The notes below the pieces were generated by a model that had not been told where the DNA came from, did no database searches, and saw only the letters and a program-made list of their open reading frames with translations. 64,000 nucleotides of DNA from assembly GCA_051531975.1 (NCBI GenBank), contig JAOPTT010000009.1, positions 1-64,000 on the forward strand, in the 5' to 3' direction. Positions 9,529 to 19,195 of the stretch are shown one piece after another. The stretch comes from Spirochaetaceae bacterium. GTDB lineage: Bacteria > Spirochaetota > Spirochaetia > DSM-2461. The stretch's first letter is position 1. Every line of letters starts with the position of its first letter. The position numbers and the translations under genes were made by a program.

Positions 9529-11346
9529 ATGATTTCAGATTTTTTAACTAAAGCAGAAGCAGGGAATCCTGTTTATATCAGCAATGTATATAAATCTTTT
9601 CAGGGATTAGCTGATAAAGATAGCCAAACTCTTAACTGTATTTTAACTTTATTGGAAAAAGATGAATTGCGTTCCTTTCCTATTAAAATACCAAAGTTTC
9701 AGGGAATGACTAAACAGGATAATTTTATCAAAGAGTATGTATGGGCTGAAATTTACAATATATTATCCAGCCTTGGTGGAAAAAAAATGGATGTTTATGT
9801 TGATTTAGATAATAAACAACTTGTTCAGTTTGTCAGAAACTTAAACAATACCTTTGATATTGATAAAAAACGCAGTGATAGAAGAGGTTATGGCCGTGCT
9901 GTTAATGTTATTGATAGAATGCTTAATACATTGGCTCCTGATGTTAATGGTTTCAGTTTTAAAGTCGACTCTATAGAAAATATTCCAGAAATAAAAAAAA
10001 TAGAAGAGAAAAAACAACAGAATCTGGATGTATACCATAATGTTACACAAAATATGGATGGAAAGCTTTTATGTGGAATCGATGTTGGTGGTACAGATAT
10101 TAAAATAGCTCTGGTTAAGGATGGGGATATAGACTGTTATAAGGAGTATGATTGGTTTCCTGCCAGGTTCACAACATCACTTCAGTTAGTTGATCCTATT
10201 TGTCTAATTGTAAGACTTATGAGGGCAAAAGCTTCTCTTGATGTTGCACCGGATTCATCTACAAAAGAAATCTTAAATATAAAGATGGTTAAAGCTCTGG
10301 ATATAGCAGCGAAAGAAGATTTTATGATTGAATTTTGCGACGAGGTTGAAGAATTTCTGCAAGAAGACATGGTGGAAATTGACGGCGTAGGTATGTGTTT
10401 TCCAGATGTTGTTGTTCGTAATAAAGTTGTAGGAGGAGAAGTCTACAAAACACGAGGTATACGAAATAATAGTAATATCAATTATGAGGAAGATTTTTCT
10501 AAGCTTACGAATCTAAACGATAGAATTCAGGAACTGATAAAAAAAGATGGGAATGTTTTTATTATTAATGATGGGCCTATGGCCTCTTTTACAGCCGCCG
10601 TTGAAATAGCAGCATCAGATTCTCCTCATCTTATTAAAAATGGTGTTTTTGCCCATACTTTAGGTACAGAACTTGGAACAGGTTGGGTTGATGAAGAAGG
10701 AAATATTCCAGATATTCCTTTAGAAGTGTATAATTTTATTATTGATTTAGGTAGTTATGTTGAAAAATCTTATGTCCCTGATGATTTAAGAAGTATTAAT
10801 AACTTTAATACTGAACTGCCAGGAACTTTACAGAAATATACAAGTCAAAGTGGTGTCTTCCGGTTGGCTATGAAATATTTCCCTAAAGAAAAACCTGAAC
10901 TTTTCCAGGAATTGATAGAAAAAGAATTTGTTGTTAAAAAAACAGTTTATGGGATTACAGGATATTATGTGCCTACTGAACCAAAAGATCAGCGGAAACC
11001 ATTTCTTGAACATATGATGAGTCTGCCTGAAAGAGAAGCTGATGAACTTAATGATCGTATCTGGAAAGAGATAGGTGAATTCCTTGCAGTTACATGGATT
11101 GAAACAAAAAAAATCTTAAATCCTACTGCAGATCCAAGGGTCTTATTTGGAAGACTTGTTAAACGTAAAAGATGTTATGATCTTATGTGGGAAGGAGCAA
11201 AGTCTATTAAAAATGATATTCAGTTTGAGGTTGCAGACTCCACTTTAGCCAATACTCCACTTATGAAGCAGCTAGAAAATGATCCACATTTTACTGTTGC
11301 ACAGTTTGCTCAGGCCGTAGGGGCAGCATATTATGCTAATAAATAA
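9529..11346 (+). CDS. Large atypical ROK/ASKHA-fold putative sugar kinase
   Basis: GIDVGGTDIK phosphate-1 motif, INDG, TLGTELGTG, AQAVGAA; about 185-aa N-terminal extension; GGAG RBS before ATG 9529. Confidence 0.65.
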   Translation: MISDFLTKAEAGNPVYISNVYKSFQGLADKDSQTLNCILTLLEKDELRSFPIKIPKFQGMTKQDNFIKEYVWAEIYNILSSLGGKKMDVYVDLDNKQLVQFVRNLNNTFDIDKKRSDRRGYGRAVNVIDRMLNTLAPDVNGFSFKVDSIENIPEIKKIEEKKQQNLDVYHNVTQNMDGKLLCGIDVGGTDIKIALVKDGDIDCYKEYDWFPARFTTSLQLVDPICLIVRLMRAKASLDVAPDSSTKEILNIKMVKALDIAAKEDFMIEFCDEVEEFLQEDMVEIDGVGMCFPDVVVRNKVVGGEVYKTRGIRNNSNINYEEDFSKLTNLNDRIQELIKKDGNVFIINDGPMASFTAAVEIAASDSPHLIKNGVFAHTLGTELGTGWVDEEGNIPDIPLEVYNFIIDLGSYVEKSYVPDDLRSINNFNTELPGTLQKYTSQSGVFRLAMKYFPKEKPELFQELIEKEFVVKKTVYGITGYYVPTEPKDQRKPFLEHMMSLPEREADELNDRIWKEIGEFLAVTWIETKKILNPTADPRVLFGRLVKRKRCYDLMWEGAKSIKNDIQFEVADSTLANTPLMKQLENDPHFTVAQFAQAVGAAYYANK

Positions 11347-11365
11347 ATTTGTAATATAAATATAG

Positions 11366-11395
11366 GTCTATTCAGGATATAAGTCCTGAATAGAC
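11366..11395. terminator. Bidirectional terminator between the two GRE operons
   Basis: Perfect 12-bp stem GTCTATTCAGGA/TCCTGAATAGAC with a 6-nt loop. Confidence 0.8.
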
Positions 11396-11405
11396 TTTTA
11401 ATTTA

Positions 11406-12377
11406 CTAACAACATTTTACTAGAGATGCAGCTCCAATCAAGCCAGAATTACTTTTTAATTGCTCATAAACTACTTCTGTTTTATTTACCATCATCTTCC
11501 CTGCATATTTGTAGAAATTATCCCTTATTTGATTCATATAGGTATCCCCTAAGTTCATAAAACCTCCACCTAGAATTATAAGTTCAGGATTTAACGTTTG
11601 AAACATATTATAGATCAGTATTCCTACGTACCGTGCAGAGTGTTTCATAACATTTATAGCAGATATATCACCGGCTTCTACTTGCTGTCTTAAAAAAACT
11701 CCATCTATTTTTTTTCCTTCTGAAGGATCTAAAAGTTGATGTCCGGTTATCTGGTTTTGTCTTTCAAATTCCTTAGAATATTGATAAGGCAGACCCAGAC
11801 TAGAAGCTTCAGCCATTACGCATCCATAATTTCCACAATTACAGAGAGCTCCTGAATCTGGATTCATAATTGTATGTCCAATTTCTCCAGCTGTTCCAGT
11901 CTTTCCATGAACAAGTTTATTATCAATAAATATCCCTGCTCCAATCCCTGTACTGATAGTGATATAGAGGATATCAGAAATCCCTTTCCCGGCTCCAAAG
12001 GAGTGCTCTCCACAGGCCTGGGCATTAGCATCATTATCTATAACAATAGGTATATTAAAATATTTATCTAACTCATCCTTTAATGAAAAGCCATCAAAGC
12101 CCTCAATATTACTAGATGTTATACATTTTCCTGCAGGGTAACTAATATGCCCAGTAAAACCAACTCCAATACCTATTAAGTCTTCCTCTAAAAGATCATT
12201 TTTTTTAAGCAGACTCTTTATAGTTTCAGCTATTATCTTCATAGTCTCTTTTTCAGAAATACCTAAATGATCGTACCGGATAGTTTTATCTATTAAACGA
12301 CCTTCCTCAGGGGTTACCAATCCAACAGCAAGCTTTGTTCCCCCAAAATCTACTCCGCAAAGTAACTTTTTTTTCAA
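11406..12377 (-). CDS. ROK family sugar kinase
   Basis: GVDFGGTK, DNDANA, STGIGAG, AGEIGH, CNCGNYGC zinc motif; no HTH. Confidence 0.92.
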   Translation of the reverse strand: MKKKLLCGVDFGGTKLAVGLVTPEEGRLIDKTIRYDHLGISEKETMKIIAETIKSLLKKNDLLEEDLIGIGVGFTGHISYPAGKCITSSNIEGFDGFSLKDELDKYFNIPIVIDNDANAQACGEHSFGAGKGISDILYITISTGIGAGIFIDNKLVHGKTGTAGEIGHTIMNPDSGALCNCGNYGCVMAEASSLGLPYQYSKEFERQNQITGHQLLDPSEGKKIDGVFLRQQVEAGDISAINVMKHSARYVGILIYNMFQTLNPELIILGGGFMNLGDTYMNQIRDNFYKYAGKMMVNKTEVVYEQLKSNSGLIGAASLVKCC

Positions 12378-12389
12378 TGTAATCCCCTT

Positions 12390-14777
12390 CTAAATAGTCT
12401 GCTCTGTTCTTGCAATGATATCGTTCTGAGTTTCAGTCGAAAGATTTGTAAAGAAGGCCGAGTACCCAGCCACCCTAACCACTAGATCATGAAACTGCTC
12501 AGGATCTTTTTGGGCTGCTAACAAAGTTTCCCTATCAACTATATTAAACTGAATATGCCATCCTTTTAAATCATCAAAAAATCCATGGAGCATAGAAGCC
12601 AGTTTTTCTTTTTTCTCATTAGATTGCAAAATTGTTGGTGATAATTTTTGATTTAATAGAACCCCTCCTAGAATTTTATCTGTAGGCAATTTACTAATAC
12701 TTCGCATTACAGCTGTAGGCCCAAGCTTATCTGCACTGGCCGAAGGTGATGCACCTTCAGCAAGGGGCATCCAAGCTTTTCGCCCGTCTGGAGTAGCAGG
12801 GACTATTGATCCTGCAGGAACATTTCCGGAGATACTTGATGTCCCGGCAAAATACCTACAACCAATTGCTCCACTTCCTTCACGGATAGTATGATAATTT
12901 TCAATCTCATTAATGTAACAATTATAAGCTTCCACAAGTATATTATCGACATAGTCATCGTCATTACCGTATTTAGGGGAATAATTTAGTAAAATTTGTC
13001 TGAACTTCTCACCAGATGGACCTTCAAAGTTATTTTTTATAACATCCATCAACTCTTTTGCAGTAAAACGTTTTTCTTCAAATATAAGTTTCTTAATAAC
13101 CGCCAAGGAATCACCTAGGTTTGCAATCCCTACCTGAAGACCAGATACAAAGTCATATTTACTACCACCTTCGTGTATTGTCATTCCTCTTTCAAGGCAC
13201 TGATCAGTGAAAGCTGAACATAGAATATCAGGAGCTTCATCCCGTAGAACGACATCAATCGCTGAATCTATTGCTATTCCGGCTTTAGCATAATAACGGA
13301 CCTGTTTATCCCAGGAATCCATAACCTGTGAAAATTGTGTGAAATCTTCAAGGTTTCCTATTCCTTCACAGAATTGTTTCCCGCTGACTGGATCAGTTCC
13401 ATTATTAAGGGAAGCTAGAAATACACGCATAAAATTGAGAAAGTGTTTACCTGTACAACGGTATCCCCATTTCCCAGGTACAGCAACTTCAATACAACCA
13501 ATAGCTGAATAATCCCAAGCGTCTTCTTTTTCAACACCAATCTTGAGAAAAGAGGGGATAACAATAGCATCATTATTAAATGCTGGCATTCCAAATCCAA
13601 GTTGAATTACTTTAATACATTCCAACAGAAAATCTTTATTAAGGTTTTCATGAAACCGAACTGTCAAATTAGGTTGTGTAAGCTTTGTTTCCCCTACAGA
13701 TTTAAGAATCAAGTAAGATAGATCATTTACTGCATCGGTTCCATCCTGTAATTGTCCACCAATTGTTACATTCTGATAAAGAGGTCCTCCTGCTGAAAAC
13801 CGGGTGTGGGACCAAGAACGTATTTTTTTCATACTTACAAGTTTAAGCCATGTATTTTCTAGAAGTTCCATTACAAAAGAATCTTCTATTATGCCTTTCT
13901 CTTTATCATCTTTATAAAAGGGATAGAGGTATTGATCCATACGTCCAAGGGATAATGAATGACCGTTACTTTCAATTTGTAAAACCAACTGTACAAAGTA
14001 GTTTAGTTGTAGAGCCTGATAAAAGTTCTCCGGTTTTTCAGAAGATATAAACCGACAATTTATTTCAATCTTTTCTAGTTCGACCTTTCTAGTTTTATCT
14101 TGTTCTTTTTTAGCTAACTCTCCAGCTAAATTTGCATACCGAATGATAAAAAAATGAAAAGCCTTAAGGGACATCAGAGTCGATTTATAAAATAGATGTT
14201 TTTTTATTCCATCAGGTGAAATTAGATCAGGTTCAGCCATTCTTTTACTGACATCATTTTCAAACCATCCTAATCCTTTATCCATAATTTTCCTGAAATG
14301 AGCAGCAATATGGGCATCTCCAGATGTTAGGTTTCCTTCTGCACGGATTATTCCTGATTCATGAATTGCTAAAAGATCTTCCGTCAACAAGGCACGGCCT
14401 TTATCTAGCGTAGTTTTCTTTTCCCAATATTTACAAATATCCAATAACTTTTTTTTGGTATTTGTATCAGGGAAAAATGCATCTCCTTGACGCTTTTCAA
14501 AATCATCTATCTCTTTACTTATCCATTCAACTGCGTATTCCGGAAAAATAGGTGCTGCATATATAGCAGAAGAGTGATTACCTACAATTAGGTCTTCAGG
14601 CTCAATGCCAATTGTCATTGATTCTAGAGTATCTTTTAATGCATGAGCCCTTTTAATAATTACTGGTTTATCTTCGTGTTCCTTATAAGCCTGTGTATAA
14701 AAAAAAGCTCTTTCGGTACAGATTGTCGGCTTTGTCTTTAATATCCTATCTCTGTATAATTTCATTCGTTTTGTCAA
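12390..14777 (-). CDS. ybiW: Glycyl radical enzyme, YbiW(PflF)-like
   Basis: GCIE, VRVAGY; AEGNLTSGDAH, PLYQNVTIGG, GKWGYRCTG, AGTSSIS segments recalled from E. coli YbiW; TTG start after GGAGG. Confidence 0.87.
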   Translation of the reverse strand: MTKRMKLYRDRILKTKPTICTERAFFYTQAYKEHEDKPVIIKRAHALKDTLESMTIGIEPEDLIVGNHSSAIYAAPIFPEYAVEWISKEIDDFEKRQGDAFFPDTNTKKKLLDICKYWEKKTTLDKGRALLTEDLLAIHESGIIRAEGNLTSGDAHIAAHFRKIMDKGLGWFENDVSKRMAEPDLISPDGIKKHLFYKSTLMSLKAFHFFIIRYANLAGELAKKEQDKTRKVELEKIEINCRFISSEKPENFYQALQLNYFVQLVLQIESNGHSLSLGRMDQYLYPFYKDDKEKGIIEDSFVMELLENTWLKLVSMKKIRSWSHTRFSAGGPLYQNVTIGGQLQDGTDAVNDLSYLILKSVGETKLTQPNLTVRFHENLNKDFLLECIKVIQLGFGMPAFNNDAIVIPSFLKIGVEKEDAWDYSAIGCIEVAVPGKWGYRCTGKHFLNFMRVFLASLNNGTDPVSGKQFCEGIGNLEDFTQFSQVMDSWDKQVRYYAKAGIAIDSAIDVVLRDEAPDILCSAFTDQCLERGMTIHEGGSKYDFVSGLQVGIANLGDSLAVIKKLIFEEKRFTAKELMDVIKNNFEGPSGEKFRQILLNYSPKYGNDDDYVDNILVEAYNCYINEIENYHTIREGSGAIGCRYFAGTSSISGNVPAGSIVPATPDGRKAWMPLAEGASPSASADKLGPTAVMRSISKLPTDKILGGVLLNQKLSPTILQSNEKKEKLASMLHGFFDDLKGWHIQFNIVDRETLLAAQKDPEQFHDLVVRVAGYSAFFTNLSTETQNDIIARTEQTI

Positions 14778-14779
14778 AA

Positions 14780-15670
14780 CTATCCTCCTATTTTTACCGG
14801 TATTTTCCGGTATTCCGCATCTTCAATATATTTTAGTAATTCATCTTCTGGCATCATATGCTCTGGTAGGTCATAGGATCGTCCCAGTTTTTCATATTTC
14901 CCTGCACCAAAAGAGTGATAGGGTAGAAACTCTACCTTGTGATCTGTCTTAAGAGACTGGATTATATCTAGTATTCCTCCTATGGTTTTTCTATCGTGAT
15001 TAAATCCGTATATTATAGGTATACGAATACGAATAGATGTTCCACTTTCATCTAACTTTTTTAGATTGTTGGTTATTAGCTTTAGATTTCCTCCGGTATG
15101 TTCTTTAAACTTTATTGGATCGCTATGCTTTAAATCACATATAAATTCATCAGTATATGGTATTAGTGCTTTTATATTTTCCCAAGGAATATGAAGACAG
15201 GTCTCAATGGCTAGGGGGATGTCATCTTTTTTTAATATTTGGGCCACCTCCCGGCAAAGTTCTGCCTGCATAAGAGGTTCTCCACCTGATAGTGTGACAC
15301 CTCCACCAGATTGTTTATAAAAAACCAAATCACGTTTAATAATATTGCAAATCTCTTCAGCTGACTTTTTTTCACCTATAACCTGTAATGCTTTGCTTGG
15401 ACAAATATCTTTAAAATGTTGAGTCTCTCCCTGACGGTGGGGATGAAAGTTAATCTCTTTATTTTGGTAGTCCATCTCAGAATTTTTCGATACTCTAATA
15501 CAATCCTGGCAACCGATGCATTTTGAGGAATCAAACATTATCTCTGCTTCTTTTTTTTGGCTTTCCGGATTACTGCACCATGGACAATGTAGTGGGCATC
15601 CCTTTAGAAAAACAGTACTTCTGAGACCATCACCATCATGCAATGAATAGCGCTGAATATTAAAAATCAT
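14780..15670 (-). CDS. Glycyl radical enzyme activase (YbiY-like)
   Basis: MIFNIQRYSLHDG, CPLHCPWC, SGGEP; start placed at ATG 15670 (GGGG RBS). Confidence 0.9.
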   Translation of the reverse strand: MIFNIQRYSLHDGDGLRSTVFLKGCPLHCPWCSNPESQKKEAEIMFDSSKCIGCQDCIRVSKNSEMDYQNKEINFHPHRQGETQHFKDICPSKALQVIGEKKSAEEICNIIKRDLVFYKQSGGGVTLSGGEPLMQAELCREVAQILKKDDIPLAIETCLHIPWENIKALIPYTDEFICDLKHSDPIKFKEHTGGNLKLITNNLKKLDESGTSIRIRIPIIYGFNHDRKTIGGILDIIQSLKTDHKVEFLPYHSFGAGKYEKLGRSYDLPEHMMPEDELLKYIEDAEYRKIPVKIGG

Positions 15671-15703
15671 TTTCGTTTCCCCTTTTGATATTATTCTAAT
15701 TCC

Positions 15704-15738
15704 CTTTCGTTCGAAAGTCAATTACGAAAATACGAAAG
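15704..15738. promoter_or_regulatory. Candidate DeoR operator array
   Basis: Palindrome CTTTCG-TT-CGAAAG plus tandem TACGAAAA/TACGAAAG between the divergent activase and DeoR genes. Confidence 0.55.
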
Positions 15739-15823
15739 TGCAATAAATGTTAATACTATCTAAAAATTTATAATATTCCCTTGGGAGATATACAATTACT
15801 GATCCATAAAATATACTGGGTAT

Positions 15824-16567
15824 ATGAATAAACGTCATGAACAGATCCTGAACATAGTTAGTAAAGAGAAAGAGATCTCTGTTAACAGTCTTTCAGAAAT
15901 ACTTAATGTTTCACTGGTCACCATTAGAAGTGATCTAAGGCTTTTAGAAGAACAAAATCTTCTTATACGCACCCATGGAGGAGCCAGCCTTTCCCCTACG
16001 GATGATATATCCCATCGGTTAAGTATTAATTATTCACTGAAACAGAAAATAGCTTATGCAGCAGCAGAACAGGTGGAAGAGGGTGAAACCATACTTCTCG
16101 AAGCAGGTTCTTGTGTTGCATTGATGGCTCAGGCATTGGCAACACGGAAAAATATTAATGTCATAACCAATAACGCATTTGTCGCAAGGCAGATGAAAGA
16201 TTCAAAAAGTATAAATGTTATCCTTATTGGAGGGATATATCAGAAAGAGAGTGAATCTATGGTGGGGACAATGGTCCCTGAGTACCTTTCCTATTATAAT
16301 TTCACCAAGGTTTTTATAGGTATGGATGGATTTACCAAAGAACATGGGGCCATGTGCCGGGATCTCGACCGTTCGGAAGTTATGAGTGAATTTGTCAAAA
16401 GAGGTAAAAAGGTCTATATACTTTCAGACTCAGGTAAAATGGGGAAGACAGCAGTAAAGACTATATGCAAACCTGAAGATATAAACTGTATTATTACGGA
16501 TGCAGATGTGAGTGCTGAATACCAGGATTTTTTAAGAGAGAATAATGTTGAATTGATAATGACATAA
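15824..16567 (+). CDS. DeoR/GlpR family regulator, YciT-like
   Basis: HTH VSLVTIRSDL, RTHGGA, GGIYQKESESMVG. Confidence 0.9.
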   Translation: MNKRHEQILNIVSKEKEISVNSLSEILNVSLVTIRSDLRLLEEQNLLIRTHGGASLSPTDDISHRLSINYSLKQKIAYAAAEQVEEGETILLEAGSCVALMAQALATRKNINVITNNAFVARQMKDSKSINVILIGGIYQKESESMVGTMVPEYLSYYNFTKVFIGMDGFTKEHGAMCRDLDRSEVMSEFVKRGKKVYILSDSGKMGKTAVKTICKPEDINCIITDADVSAEYQDFLRENNVELIMT

Positions 16568-16569
16568 AA

Positions 16570-17439
16570 TCATTCCATTGATAGGTTATACTCTTTAATA
16601 CATTGCTTGATAGCATCTGATGATTTAGAAAAGTGAATACCCTTTGATTGAATTAATGATGTATCGAGTCTGACATCTCTAGTATAATTTTTATACTTTT
16701 CTTCATCTTTAATAATAAGCTTGGATATCCGGTCTTCCATTCCTAGTTCTTTAAATATTAAACAGACAATTTCATATCGACTTAATCTGTTTTGAGATCC
16801 TATGTGGTATGTCCCTGGAGGAATTTCCATAACCTTCTGAAAATTATCTATTAACTCATTTATGTAAGTCAGTCCTCGATACTCGTTGGTAGGAACCGAT
16901 ACAGTATTTCCTTTCATTAAAACTTTAAATGTATCCCAAAATATATTGTTTGCAACTGGTTGGAATCTTCCCGGCATACCAAACATCCAAGTTAAACGTA
17001 GGATTATGTGGTCATCAAGTATCTCTTTTATTTTGATTTCTGCTTCCAGTTTATTTTTTCCATAAACAGTGCTTGGAACAGGTATGGTTTCTTCATTATA
17101 GGGACCTCTTTCCAAGTTCCCATTAAAAACCTGTTCAGTACTTAGGAATATCATTCGGCTTTTTGACTCTAAGCAGGCCTTGGCTATATTTATGCTTCCA
17201 TCTACATTGATTGCCTGGCATTTTTCAGGATAACTATTGCAATAATCGGTTTTGGCAATTGCTGCAGTATGAATTACATAATCAGGTTTAAATGACTTAA
17301 ATGTAGAATCTATTTTTTCACGATCCATGATGTTTAGTTCTTTTGAGCTAGGTGAAAGGATTTCAAAATTATTTTTATAGGTCTCAACAAATCTGGTGCC
17401 AATAAATCCACTACCACCTGTAAAAAGTACTTTTTTCAA
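16570..17439 (-). CDS. Extended SDR oxidoreductase, RmlD-like
   Basis: TGGSGFIG, STEQVFNG, YGKNK catalytic motif; no rml genes nearby. Confidence 0.85.
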   Translation of the reverse strand: MKKVLFTGGSGFIGTRFVETYKNNFEILSPSSKELNIMDREKIDSTFKSFKPDYVIHTAAIAKTDYCNSYPEKCQAINVDGSINIAKACLESKSRMIFLSTEQVFNGNLERGPYNEETIPVPSTVYGKNKLEAEIKIKEILDDHIILRLTWMFGMPGRFQPVANNIFWDTFKVLMKGNTVSVPTNEYRGLTYINELIDNFQKVMEIPPGTYHIGSQNRLSRYEIVCLIFKELGMEDRISKLIIKDEEKYKNYTRDVRLDTSLIQSKGIHFSKSSDAIKQCIKEYNLSME

Positions 17440-17591
17440 TTTTAAACCCTTATTCCAATATTTAATTTTATTATATAAACCTCTGAAAAATTATTAAATA
17501 AAAAATATGTATTATATCTCTAACATTCCATCATTATACCGATGGAATGTTTGTCATCCGCTATTCTTTCAAAAAGTAGCGCTTAGAGATG

Positions 17592-18455
17592 TTAACCGAT
17601 AACATCCTGAAAAGCTTTGGCCATAACTTTTTTATCTGGATCCTTACCTGTCCACATATTAATATTAATAGCTGCTTGATTGATCAGCATACCCATTCCT
17701 GTATTCCACCTAGCACCTCTTTTTTTAGCTTCATCCAAAAATGGAGTAAAAGCAGGATTAGGTATTACATCCTGAACAAATAGATCAGGTCTGATTGTAG
17801 AATAATCAACATTTGGTTTGTCGTTTATGTTAGGGTATAAACCAATAGGTGTTGCATTAATAAAAATATTTGTATCGGCAGGAACCTTATAATCACCTAT
17901 CCAGGGTCTATATTCAGCTTTAGCATCTGTATTATTATTTAACACATCAATAAGAGAATTAGCCATTTTTTCATCCTGGGGAATATTGACGATAGTAATA
18001 TGCTGCGCACCAGCAAGAGCCAATTCCACACTAATTGCTCTTCCGGCACCACCAGCACCAAGAATAACTATATTTTTCCCTTTAGGTGATATACCTGCAT
18101 CTTTTAAAGATTCCATAAATCCTTTTCCGTCAGTATTATCGCCAAAGAGTTTACCATTATTATTAACAATAGTATTTACAGCGCCAATAAGTTTTGCACT
18201 TGGTGATATCTCATCGATATATTTTAAAACTTCAATTTTATGGGGTAGGGTACAATTAATACCTCTCATTTTCATTGCTTTTAAACCGGTGATAGCATCT
18301 TCTAGTTTATCAGGATCAACATCAACCGTTAAAAATCGCCACCTCTCCAGGCCTAAATCTTTAAAAGCCGCTTCCTGGATAACTACACCGGGATTTTCTG
18401 AAGCTGGATGGCCAAATACACCTACCAGATTATCTAGAAAATTTTGTTCTTTCAT
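17592..18455 (-). CDS. Shikimate-dehydrogenase-family oxidoreductase (atypical substrate pocket)
   Basis: TLPHK, GAVNT, NTDG, GAGGAG, NATPIG, MLINQA. Confidence 0.85.
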   Translation of the reverse strand: MKEQNFLDNLVGVFGHPASENPGVVIQEAAFKDLGLERWRFLTVDVDPDKLEDAITGLKAMKMRGINCTLPHKIEVLKYIDEISPSAKLIGAVNTIVNNNGKLFGDNTDGKGFMESLKDAGISPKGKNIVILGAGGAGRAISVELALAGAQHITIVNIPQDEKMANSLIDVLNNNTDAKAEYRPWIGDYKVPADTNIFINATPIGLYPNINDKPNVDYSTIRPDLFVQDVIPNPAFTPFLDEAKKRGARWNTGMGMLINQAAININMWTGKDPDKKVMAKAFQDVIG

Positions 18456-18500
18456 AATTTGTCTCCCTTCTCTTATTAGAACAAGACTAATAAGGAATAT

Positions 18501-18567
18501 TTATTCTTATATGAAAGTAAAATCTCTTTCATATAAGAATAATAGTCGATAAATTAGGATCTGTCAA
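18501..18567 (-). promoter_or_regulatory. Sigma70 promoter plus perfect 17-bp-arm operator
   Basis: TTATTCTTATATGAAAG-N8-CTTTCATATAAGAATAA (18501-18542); minus strand TTGACA(18567-18562)-17 bp-TATTAT(18544-18539). Confidence 0.8.
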
Positions 18568-18754
18568 TTCCAATGATTTTTTCTGAAATAACCTGGAAGA
18601 TAAAAGACAATATCTCCAGCATCTGCAACAAAGACTTCGTCTTTTATAGAAACTGTCATTTTCCCTTGATATAGTCAAAATAGATTATACTGTGTGAGTA
18701 TGTAGAGAAATATGGAGTTTTTCGGTATTCTTTATACAATAAATAGGAGTAAAT

Positions 18755-19195
18755 ATGATTCGTGAAGCAAAACTAGAAGATCTTGAAGATGTATTAAAAT
18801 TGTATCAGCAACTTTTCCCTGCTGAAGATTATAGCTCTGCCGAGACATTCTCTAATACTTGGTTGGAGATAATTAAGGACGATAAGATTACATGTTATTT
18901 AACATATGAAGGTAACATAGCTGTAGCTACTTGTATCATTACAATAATTCCTAATTTAACTAGAAACCAGAAGTCATATGCTGTTATTGAAAATGTAATT
19001 ACTCACTCAGATTATAGGTATAAAGGTTATGGTAAAGCCATAATGGAAAAAGCTACAAATTATGCTATTGAAAATAATTGTTATAAAGTAATGTTATTAA
19101 GTAGTTCTAAAAGAGTAGAAGCCCATAAGTTCTATGAAAAAATAGGATATGATGGGGATTCTAAAAAGGGTTTTCAGTTTAGGATCTGTTCATGA
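18755..19195 (+). CDS. GNAT family N-acetyltransferase
   Basis: IENVITHSDYRYKGYG, HKFYEKIGY. Confidence 0.9.
   Translation: MIREAKLEDLEDVLKLYQQLFPAEDYSSAETFSNTWLEIIKDDKITCYLTYEGNIAVATCIITIIPNLTRNQKSYAVIENVITHSDYRYKGYGKAIMEKATNYAIENNCYKVMLLSSSKRVEAHKFYEKIGYDGDSKKGFQFRICS

Noticed and set aside
6198..14777. Calling either GRE a true pyruvate formate-lyase or a microcompartment enzyme
   Set aside because: Both have single-Cys GC(V/I)E motifs rather than the PFL Cys-Cys pair, and no shell genes are present.
17522..17551. 11-bp hairpin between the shikimate-DH-like gene and the SDR as a terminator
   Set aside because: There is no U-tract on the coding (minus) strand; it may be a stabilising stem, so no function was assigned.
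17986..18552. 188-aa plus-strand ORF, and similar antisense or nested ORFs such as 42620-43306, 29705-30319, 2440-2754, 37969-38295 and 63701-63952
   Set aside because: They are shadows of well-supported genes on the opposite strand or in another frame, with no recognisable motifs.
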